A DNA stretch of 62,993 bases, filler included, from Hyphochytrium catenoides (lineage: Eukaryota > Protista > Hyphochytriomycota): NCBI GenBank assembly GCA_900088475.1. It is 11 parts of 11 records of this genome, joined end to end, with 100 filler letters (N's around TTAATTAATTAA, not from the genome) between each part and the next. Parts side by side here need not be neighbours in the genome. Positions count along the whole stretch, not along the records: positions 22,616 to 27,015 come from FLMG01000560.1; positions 27,116 to 30,097 come from FLMG01000588.1; positions 30,198 to 40,788 come from FLMG01003136.1; 8 more parts are not named here. One strand, written 5' to 3'. Within the stretch, counting starts at the first letter, position 1; every line of letters begins with the position of its first letter. Below the pieces are notes generated by a model, which did not search any database, was not told the origin of the DNA, and saw nothing but the letters and a program-made list of their open reading frames with translations. The translations under genes and the position numbers were made by a program. Positions 25,601 to 34,789 of this stretch are shown one piece after another.

Positions 25601-26258
25601 AAGGCAGGAGAAGAGGCAGAAATGGAGATCTTACGCGATGGCCTAGCACACCACTCCCTGCGATAGTGGTAGTTTTGCCCTGATAGGAGGCCCGAGAGCG
25701 GTTGAACTCCCAAAAGTCTGAGCTCTCAGTGTTTGTTGCGGATGGGGACGAGCTCTGCCAGTAAGAAATTTTTCCGCTCTGATAACCCCAGCAGCGCGTG
25801 ACGCACTGAGAATAGTCACTCGCCGTTGGTGCCAGGCACTGCCCTCCCGAAAGCAAAACGCAGATTGCCTCCGCAGCTTCGTAGTCAAACCTGTGGCGGC
25901 CCCCGACAGCCCAAGGGACGTCACTGACGGTCGGAACATTGATAGGAAGTTCCACCCAGTCTACCCCTTGAATCTCCAGACTGCACCTCCCAGCTCCATT
26001 GTAGTGTCTGCGGTGACATTTGCTCCGCACTCCCCGTGCAGAGCACCGGTGCCGCATATCTTGGAGGTTGGAGTTCACACGCCCCTTCCTCTCTATCTCG
26101 CAGGTTTCACATTTGCTATACGCAAAGGGCCATTTAGGGCTAGTGACGAGATCGCACCAGTCCTCAGTGCTCCAGGGCCTCCGCACCCGCATCGAGCCAC
26201 ATTGATTGACCCAGTGGCCCAGGAGGAGGAGACAGAACCAGAGACGCCTCCCCGCCAT
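22616..26258 (-). CDS. Secreted/surface protein with NHL repeats, an LCCL domain and 5 or more EGF-like repeats; 3' truncated
   Basis: Signal peptide MAGRRLWFCLLLLGHWVNQCGS. NHL motifs VYVADTGNHCIRK, LYIADTGNHRIRK, FVSDAGSCRLR and VYVADTYNHRIR. LCCL motif CPADC..GDSKYTEGSSLCKAAIHAGIL..GG. Five tandem C..C.NGG.C..P..C.C..GW.G..C EGF units. Several short (~50-110 bp) GT-AG introns. Confidence 0.9.
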
Positions 26259-27829
26259 CTATCGCCAAGGAGCAGCTTTCAGCCGCTAGTCCTCTGATAA
26301 CAGCATCGCCATGAGAGTCCTCGAGCGACAGGAGCAAGCCTATAACAGCGCAGCCTAATTATGCGGTTTGCGTGGCGCCACCTCGCTGGCCTTGAGAGTC
26401 CCTACAGATGCCAAGTACATTCTTGACTTCCAAGTCTCAGGCTTGAGGGCTCATTGCGTGCCAGCCAAGAGGAGCGCGTCAGTTTGTGTTCGTTGTGAGG
26501 CCACTCAATGGAAGAGCTCTCTGCCCACACTCCCCCGCCCAGGCTTCCACGCCTCTCTCTCTCACCATCGTATCGCTCTTCAGATCAGTGGAGGCGGCAT
26601 TTGAAGTCGAACAAGGGACTCTCTCTCTCTCTCTCTCTCTCTGGCGCTGGCTTGTTGGGCCTTCGACTGGCGTGCCCTTTCACGATACGCGCTGTACTAC
26701 AACCAAACAGCAAGAAACGTCCTACACCGCACAAGGTATAACAGTGGTGGTCCTTCTTGTGTGTATGTTGTATGTCTATGGATTTACCTGCTTTTCCTGC
26801 TGTAGAGTGTGCTCTTATTACAGACTTGAGAGACACACCTGCTGCCCAGCCTTGTGCCGCGAACGTGGAGCGACGGCTAGCCCAGGCTAGAACTACGAAT
26901 ACCATTTCATTGATGAGGTGCGTGCATTGTAATGTACGAGTGCAGTGACCATTGTGAAGCAGAGACAAGCGCGAGGAGGAGCAGGGATGGACCCTTCCAG
27001 TGCAACGCATGAGGCNNNNNNNNNNNNNNNNNNNNNNNNNNNNNNNNNNNNNNNNNNNNTTAATTAATTAANNNNNNNNNNNNNNNNNNNNNNNNNNNNN
27101 NNNNNNNNNNNNNNNTCTCCTGTCTTCGCTGATCTGGGGGATCTTCCCTTCTCCTTTCCCCTGGAGTAGAGGGAGCATTTATCTCTGAAGAAGGTAGAGT
27201 ATCCGGGAAGTGCACAGAGCTAGACACTCTTCTCTTGTTCATCAGCCATAATACGGTTGATGACCTCATTTGCGGGAAGAGAGGAAGTCCCTAGGACGTA
27301 CAGGTGGCTCACTATAGAGCCAAAGGACGGAGGGAGGCTTTGGAGAATCGAAGAGATCAGGATTGTCTCATAGGAAGTGGTGTACCTAATCGTGCCTACT
27401 TAGCCATCAACTTGCCACGCTCTATATTTTTAAACTAGAGCTCCTGCGGCTCCATTTTGAGGAATGCTTATGTGTAAATCTAGAATTTCTACCACCCATC
27501 ACTATCCACGATGTTGCTATTCTCTAGGCTACGTATAGGGTATACGGCTTGTTTTATTTGGAATTAGAATGAAGACATGCGAACTCAACAGATCGCTGCA
27601 TCTTCAAACCCGGAAGTCCGTAATTTTGTTTTCTCATCCTTTAGATTATCTTAGTTGAGGGCTGAGAAGCGGGGTGGAGTTATGCTCTGAAACGGATCAG
27701 AATCTCAAGGAAGAAGAACAATGCGAAGCTCCGACGTTCTTCATTCCGGGCGTTCGATCTTGAGAACCAGCGCACGTTCATCAATCTCATTGCGTCCAGA
27801 GCTGGCCAGCACCCTTATCTATCATAAAA

Positions 27830-30089
27830 ATGTCTCTTTATGATGAGATCATGGATCTGGCCCCTGTGCGGTGCGAAACAGAGAAGGCAACTAGACAGCG
27901 CCTGATGGAGGCTGTTGTAGACATTATCATCTTCAATAGTCAGAAGCATGAGACCCGTCAAAGGTTGCAAATTCCGGAGCGTATGATTCGGCCTTACCTG
28001 GAGATGTTCAGGAGCTACTCTAGCGAAGCTTCCCTCCGTCGAGAGATGGAGAAACGACTGAAACTAGGGCAGATACGGCAATATTCCGACGCTGCTATGA
28101 GGACTGCCATTAAGCGCCATTTACTAGGCGAACTCACCCAAAGGCAGGTGGAGAAGGAGTATGCAATTGCTGGAAGAACCCTCCGAAAGTACATAAAACT
28201 TCTTCCTCTTGAGGACCCCAAGAATGCGAGTCAAGCAGAAGTGGAACATGCTGTGCAGCAACTAAACTTCGCCAGAGCGGGTCGCAAGCCTTACTTCTCA
28301 CTTAGCGAGGAGAGGGTCATTTCTGAAGCACTTCTTGTATCGGCGGACATGGGTGACCCATACAGCAGAGAGGAAGGGGCTCTACTTTTGAAAAGGGTGG
28401 TCACCGATGGAGAAGAGATGGAGGATTTTCCAAAGGACGCAACCTTCAGCAGACGATTCTGGGGAGGTATGCAAAAACGGAGTGAAAGCCACACACCAGT
28501 AACCTTCAGGAAGGCCTCACCTTTGGATGTCAAGCGCGCAGCGAAACAGAACCTTCATGTACATGAGTCGATGTTCCGGACTATGGAGCAAATGTATATT
28601 GCTGGGATACTGCTCTATGGCAACGATCTAACAAGAGAAGATCTGTTGTCCCTACTTCGTTTGAGCAGCGACAAGGAAGGAGTAGAAGAGGATAAGAGCG
28701 TGGAGGTGTTAAAAAATGACATTCGCCACCTTGCTTCAAGGTTGGACCAGAAGGTGGCCTATCAGCCTGTGAAGGAAGGTACTGATGAGGACCTAGCAGA
28801 CTATCGATCTTCTCCGGATTATGTTGTTGAGGCGAGCTCAAAGATTGTTATGGCACTTGAAGAGCGTAAGCAACTGAACGACATAATCATAACCCATGTA
28901 GAGCCCTCACAAGTACTCTAATGGTGACGAAGTCGGCTTTGATCCACGCGGCAGGTGCGGAAAGGTCTACATTAGAAGGAATGGAGAGCGGGCTTTCAAC
29001 GTCGTAAATGGGGAGAAGGCTCCTTTTTGGGTCAGCGCACACATTATTACATGCGCTAATGGCACTTGTCCGGTTGCACCTTTTATAGTTCATCAGGCTG
29101 ACGCTGAGAAAGGGGGCACGGCTCTACTCCTATTGGGACTGCCTGACTCCTGGGGTTATTATCATTGCAAAAGCGCTTATATGGACGGAGAAGCGGGTAT
29201 TCTTCTGGCAAAGCACATTGTCGCTCACATCGCCAGCGCTACGCGTCCAAGGCCCACATACTTGATCCTGGATGGACATTACTCTCACCAGATAAAAGAA
29301 GCATTGGAATACCTAAGCGAAAGGGACATTTGGATATATTATTTACCCTCTAATCGGTCTGTCTGGGATCAACCGAACGACAACGGCATCAATAGTCGCC
29401 TTAAAGCCGAGTACGCCAAAAGTGTGGCTACCTTGAAGCGCCAGCAAGGTCCTATCAACAAGGATGCACATGACTTCAATCTAGCATTTGTTCCTGCATG
29501 GAGACGGACACAGCAGACGGCAGCGGATGTCATTCAGTCGGGCTTCCGCAAGACAGGAGTTTGGCCCTTGAATCGTAAGGCTGAGAACCACCACCCCCGC
29601 TCATTCAGCATTTCTGGGGCCACTTTAATTGGCAATGAGAACGACAAAGAAAATGCAGACCCTAATGCTGTTGCAAACGGTGACGTCTCACAATCTATGG
29701 AGAAAGGGAGCAGCAACAAGAGCACGGCTTTGGTTACTCCAATGAAGAAGGGACCGCTTACGAGAGAGGAGTGTGACACTCGGATGCGTGAAGGTATAAA
29801 AAATATCCACGTTTTCTTTGCTAAGGACCATCATAAATTAAAAGAACTCCAAGAGGTCAAGCAGAAGGTCAAGAAGTCCAGGACACATGGAGTAGACACT
29901 TCACACGGCGCTTTTGGGTCCGTCCGGTCTCAGGTGCAGAGGCTTCAGTACTATCGGGCCAAGAAGATCGAGAAGAAGCTTGAGGACGAGAAGAAACGTG
30001 AAAAGCTTCGAAAGCGAAAGGAACAAAAGGTTGAAAAAGAGGTGGAAGCTGTTGTTGGATTATATGGGATGATTGGACAATGTCATTAG
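27830..30089 (+). mobile_element. pogo/Fot1-like (Tc1/mariner superfamily, DDE_1) transposase, DD35D, split by one +1 frameshift at ~28919
   Basis: ORF 27830-28921 carries a psq-type HTH (YSDAAMRTAI..LTQRQVEKEYAIAGRTLRKY) and a CENP-B-type HTH (GRKPYFSLSEE..FSRRFWGGMQKR). The +1 frame is open from 28902 to 30089 and supplies NGDEVGF, LILDGHYSH and WDQPND (35 residues between the 2nd and 3rd Asp), plus IQSGFRKTGVWPLN. TIRs cannot be verified because the contig ends 8 bp after the stop. Confidence 0.9.
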
Positions 30090-30574
30090 ATGAGAGTNNN
30101 NNNNNNNNNNNNNNNNNNNNNNNNNNNNNNNNNNNNNNNNNTTAATTAATTAANNNNNNNNNNNNNNNNNNNNNNNNNNNNNNNNNNNNNNNNNNNNTTG
30201 ACTCTCTGAAAGCGCAACTCAATACTTTTCCCTCTAAGTCTAGAACTCTTCCTTTTCTAAAAGCCTAGATAAGACCAAAGTGAAAGAACAACCACAAAGA
30301 GTCAGGTGAAAGAACGTGAGAGAAAAGTTTGATCCTCAACATCCATGACTGTTGGCATCATTGCCTCGAGAGAGTAAGAGTCCGGGTAGGACCTCAACAT
30401 GCAAAGAAGAAAGGTTAGCCTAACCCTTTCTATCACTGAGTCGTGTAGTCACAACTGCATGGGCGGGTAGAGTACATCTTGGCCTCTCTTGACTATGACA
30501 ACCCAGGTTGGATAGGCAGCGTCTTCGTCCCTCGGCCGTTACAAGGAGATGACCCATCCCCTAACCTCTGCAGG

Positions 30575-31190
30575 CGTATAAGTAACCTACAGTAGGTACA
30601 TGGACAATCCTAGTAGAGTACACTGGAGAGCTGCAAAGTGGATCTTACGGTATTTGAAAGGTACAGAGGACTACGCCCTGACCTTTACTGGAGGGAACGC
30701 AAATAAAGGACTCTATGGGTATATTGACTTGGATTGGGCAGGAGATCTAGACCAAAGGAAATCTACATATGGCTTCCTGTTCTTACTTGGTGGAAATGTG
30801 GTGATGTGGGCCCCTAAGAGACAAAATTCTGTGGCCTTATCTAGTACAGAAGCAGAGTTTATTGGCGCTAGTGAAGCTGCACGGGAACTTCTCTGGCTCA
30901 AAAAATCGCAGAGACTCTAGGCGTCAGTCAGGAAGCACCGTTGATTCTTCATGAGGACAACCAAGGAGCGATATCTCTTGCTGCAGAAGAAAGTCACAAG
31001 AAGCGAACCAAGCATCTTGACGTTCGTTACAACTTCATCCGTGACTGCGTAAGAGCTGGGTTGATGAAGCTTCAATATTGTCGCACCGCAGACATGATCG
31101 CCGACATGCTCACAAAGACTGTATCCAGAGCTGTGCTCCGAAGACACTGTCAGGCAATCAATCTTGGAAACCTCTGATCGCGAGGAGGGG
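30575..31190 (+). mobile_element. Ty1/copia LTR-retrotransposon remnant (RT C-terminus and RNase H, frameshifted) with polypurine tract
   Basis: Motifs YMDNPSRVHWRAAKWILRYLKGT, GYIDLDWAGDLDQRKST, KRQNSVALSSTEAEF, EDNQGAI, HKKRTKHLDVRYNFIRD and DMIADMLTK. One A is missing in the A-run at ~30900. PPT GAGGAGGGG at 31182-31190 is followed by TGTAAC (candidate 3' LTR start, 31193). Confidence 0.93.
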
Positions 31191-31381
31191 TTTGTAACTA
31201 TTGTCACAAACAGAGGTTTCTGTGGTACTTTATTTAGGCGACTAAGTCTGATCTGGGAAGCACAAAACTAACTTCTTACCTCTTTCTCGGTTATTAGGAG
31301 GAGAGAGCTGATAAGACTGCAAGGAAATCGCTTCAAACACCTCCCAAGAAACCATGTTCCATAGAATATAGACCTATTTCC

Positions 31382-32881
31382 CTACTGAGGCGAGACAGTT
31401 TGATCCTTTCTAAGCCATGCTTTCTCACGAACTTCAATGCTCTCATTTCCCCTGTGGAGCCTTCCAAAGTAGTGCGATAGATAATCTTCTTCTTCACGCA
31501 GCTTCTGAGTTCCCTTAAAAAGGAAGTCCGCTATGTTCAGTAACTGTCTTCCTTTGCTTCGTTCTTCAGCACAACTCTGTATAGCACGGCCGGTCATCTT
31601 TTTCCGAGTGTCTGTAGCTGAGGAGGCTTTCCTCTTTTTCAGGCTCTTTCCTATCGTTTTTACCTTTTTGTTTAACCGTTTACGACGTTTACTTCTCGCT
31701 CCTCCAGCTGGTGCCGCTTCATTTTCCCCATCATGATGAGATGCCAGCAGGACCCTGTGAGGGCTACAATCGCAATTGACCGCAAAGTAGGCTGATCCTC
31801 CAGCGTTTTTAGCAGCGGATATCCTCTGGACGCTAACTGCCTCGGCACACATGTCGCACAATTCAGTGTCTGCGTTGTTCAGGTCAGGAGCCAGGCTTGT
31901 CATCTCGGTAGGCGGGCCTTGATGGTGGTGACCTGTTACAATGTGGTCTATAAATTGCCCTTTCTCTCTACAAACATATGCAGAACCCGGAAGGCAGAGT
32001 TGTTGAGAACCTGATAGGACGGTATCGTCGGCTGTCGATACTCCAAAATACTTGACTGTAGGGCCTCTCCTGACTGTCTGGACGTGGCAGGCCTCGGATC
32101 GACAAATCACGTTGTTCTGGTTAGCGACGTGCTTTGTGCGGATATGACTGGCCATTGCCCCTTTGTCAACCGAATAATAACAGCTCTCTGAGGCTTGACA
32201 TCCCATACACCGCCAGCCTGGATATATTGGAAGCCCTAGAATGGGTGGAACCGGCCGAAATGATGGTAAGGTCCTGAAGTCATACTCAATAGGGCAGGCT
32301 TCGTGAATACGTTCCATCACTTCAGCCTGTAGCAACACTCCCTCGTTGCAAGAACGGACATGCCGCTTAAGTCTCTCTAGAGGAACACCACTCTTGCAAA
32401 CGAGGCAGATAACTAGCCCCACATCCCGGTTGACCCTGAGTCCTTGTTCTGGGAAGGATACAAAGTTCGAGTCTGAAGCAGTCTCAACTGGAGATGGTTG
32501 CTTTCCTGGATCTGGGGACTCGCCGGGTGATTGCAACGGCAGTTCACGAGGAGCCTCTTCAACCTGCAGACCATCCTCCTCTTCTTCCGCTCCAGCCTCC
32601 GCCATTTCCTCGTCCGAATGGCCCCCTCCTAGCATCGATAGCGCCTGAATAGTGTTACATCGGCGACTATGGCATTGTAAGCTGTCTGGTCTGACAAAGG
32701 CCGAAACCTTACACCCAGGGCAGGTAAACTTGCCGTCTAGCCCTCTGTAGACCACCATTGTCGTCAAGGGGAATGTAAGCTTGACTTTTGTTTGATGCCA
32801 CCTCCTCTTATGTGCAATCAAGGCTTTCTTAGAAGGTAGGACGTTATAGCACTGCTCACAGGTGGCGGTAGTATTAGCCAT
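31382..32881 (-). CDS. 499-aa intronless zinc-binding protein: C2H2 fingers plus OrsD/DUF3505-like domain
   Basis: Fingers CEQC..LIAHKRRWH and CPGC..SLQCHSRRC. Then GLRVNRDVGLVICLVCKSGV...LKRHV, PVPPILGLPIYPGWRCMGC...MASHIRTKH and CHVQTV...YFGV, the pattern of the OrsD/DUF3505 domain recalled from fungal telomere-linked-helicase-type proteins. Basic NLS-like tail RSKRRKRLNKK. Confidence 0.72.
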   Translation of the reverse strand: MANTTATCEQCYNVLPSKKALIAHKRRWHQTKVKLTFPLTTMVVYRGLDGKFTCPGCKVSAFVRPDSLQCHSRRCNTIQALSMLGGGHSDEEMAEAGAEEEEDGLQVEEAPRELPLQSPGESPDPGKQPSPVETASDSNFVSFPEQGLRVNRDVGLVICLVCKSGVPLERLKRHVRSCNEGVLLQAEVMERIHEACPIEYDFRTLPSFRPVPPILGLPIYPGWRCMGCQASESCYYSVDKGAMASHIRTKHVANQNNVICRSEACHVQTVRRGPTVKYFGVSTADDTVLSGSQQLCLPGSAYVCREKGQFIDHIVTGHHHQGPPTEMTSLAPDLNNADTELCDMCAEAVSVQRISAAKNAGGSAYFAVNCDCSPHRVLLASHHDGENEAAPAGGARSKRRKRLNKKVKTIGKSLKKRKASSATDTRKKMTGRAIQSCAEERSKGRQLLNIADFLFKGTQKLREEEDYLSHYFGRLHRGNESIEVREKAWLRKDQTVSPQ

Positions 32882-33009
32882 TTTAAGGCTGTGAGAAAGC
32901 AGTGAAACAACTGGAATATGCTGATAACAGCTCTTCGCGTTAAGTTTTGCGGTCTAGGCCGCTGGCTGCTGGTGAATGAGAATCTTCTCAAATGAGATGA
33001 CGAGGAGGC

Positions 33010-34390
33010 CGGGGAGGAGGAGGAGGGGGAACGAGACTAATCCCCTCTTACAGCATTCTAGCGATTGTATAGGCAGAGGAGAAGACTGATCACCCCCAAC
33101 CACCTCCACACTTCACTTGACAGCAGCAGCAAGTTTAACAGGTTGAAGGGTGGGAAACAGAGGGGCCTCGATACATTGTACTACTTTTCTCAAACAGGAG
33201 CAATGATGGAGACGTGCACCATAATAGTGGAATCCATACATTATACTAGGCTCTCTATGAGAGGAAGAGAAAACTCCACACCTGACAGCATGGAGTTTCA
33301 CGGAGGGGTTGAATTCTCAATGGATGGACTACAAGCTTTCATATTCTTGAAGAAAAGATGCAGCAAGAGGAACAGCTGAAAACTTCATGCATGCTTCTTA
33401 TCCCGGCTTAATAGCACTGAAAGGCCTTTGATTGGCAAGCGATAAAAAGAACGTCAGTTTCCCTGCTAGGGCAAAGGAGTCATGTGCCAACATTTGGGCA
33501 AACAGGCACAGAGAGGGACGAGGGAGGCCATTTCGACGCCTCTGAACAAACATAAAAGGACTGGAAGAGGCACAGCTAAACGTTTCATACAATCTTTCCG
33601 TTTAGGTTTATTGCACTGTTATTAGCTACTGATGTTGCTCTTGATGTACTCAAACCGCGAAAGATTCCAAAGACATCAAACAAATTTCACATGCTGAAGG
33701 CGTAAAAGGAAAGTTGTCTGTTCTTATTGGGAGGGGAATGCGGAGGCCTAAGAGGGCTGGCACAGAGGAGCCTAAACCATTTTACCGGCGGCAGGAAGGA
33801 GGAGGAGGAGAAGGAGGTAGAAGGAAGAGAACGATAAATGCACTCCAGGCATTATATTATCGACTCTTTGAGAGGAAGAGAAGACTGATCACCTCCACAA
33901 CTGACGGCAGGGAGTTCAGAGGTGGAGGCCTAGCCAAAAAGGGCAGGAGAGAGGAGCAATGGGACAGTTAAGGAGCAGCTGAAACTTTCATACACGCTTA
34001 CTACCGTAGATTTATTGCACTGCTATTAGCCACAAGAGGCCGCTATTATATTCTGTAACAGCGAAAAATATCAAATAGCTGAAAGGCGTGTGATTGGAAT
34101 GCGACCAAAAGAACGGCAGTTCTCCTGTTCTCATTGCGAGGGAAAGTGAGTCACCTGCCAATATTTGGGGAGACATGTACAGAGGAGGGAGGAGGGAGGC
34201 TATTTCAGCATCCTTAACGGATTCAGAAGGACTGTAAGCGGAACAGCTGAACGTTACGCGATCTTTCCGTTTGGAATTATTGCCTTGTTACTATCTACTA
34301 ATGGTGTTCTCGGTCTACTCAAACCGCGAAAGATTCCAAAGATTCACGAAAGTTTGTATTGCTTGAAGGCGTAAAAGGGAAAGTGTCTGC
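33010..34390. repeat. Diverged direct duplication (~33010-33720 vs ~33790-34390)
   Basis: Collinear shared blocks: GAGAAGACTGATCACC, CAGCTGAAA, CTGAAAGGC..TGATTGG, AAAAGAACG.CAGTT, GAGTCA..TGCCAA.ATTTGGG, ATCTTTCCGTTT, TACTCAAACCGCGAAAGATTCCAAAGA and TGAAGGCGTAAAAGG. Confidence 0.85.
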
Positions 34391-34672
34391 AGTCATTTAG
34401 CAACCTGATCCACCAAAGTTGTGATTTCTGATATTGTACTGTATGAGGCAGTCATTTAGCACCTAGCACTAAAAGGTTGTGATTTCTGATATTGTACTGT
34501 ATGAGATATGGTAAGGCAGTCATTTAGTACCTGGCACCAAAAGTTGTGATGTCTGATATTATGTATGGGATACGATAATGCAGTCATTTAGTACCTGGCA
34601 CCAAAAGTTGTGATGTCTGATATTACGTATGGCAATGATAAAGCTGTCATTTAGTGTCGGGAACAAAAAGTT
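34389..34672. repeat. Tandem array of 59-68-bp units (4 full plus 1 degenerate)
   Basis: Units start at 34389, 34448, 34516, 34580 and 34643. Core GCAGTCATTTAG(C/T)ACCTGGCACCAAAAGTTGTGAT(G/T)TCTGATATT with a variable 12-22-nt tail. Confidence 0.92.
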
Positions 34673-34789
34673 ACAACTCACAGCGTTTGCACAGGAAACG
34701 AAAATCGGCATTGAACGTCTTTCTGCCCATCTGAAATCGACATCAGCCAGGGGTTTATTACACTGCAAACGTCCCTCATAGTAGTATAA

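Noticed and set aside
30895-30910. Programmed frameshift in the copia pol
   Set aside because: It is a single-base loss in an A6 run inside RNase H of a truncated, mutated copy. That points to ordinary decay or a homopolymer error.
34389-34672. CRISPR array
   Set aside because: The 'spacers' are short, related to each other and of uneven length. There are no cas genes and the context is eukaryotic.
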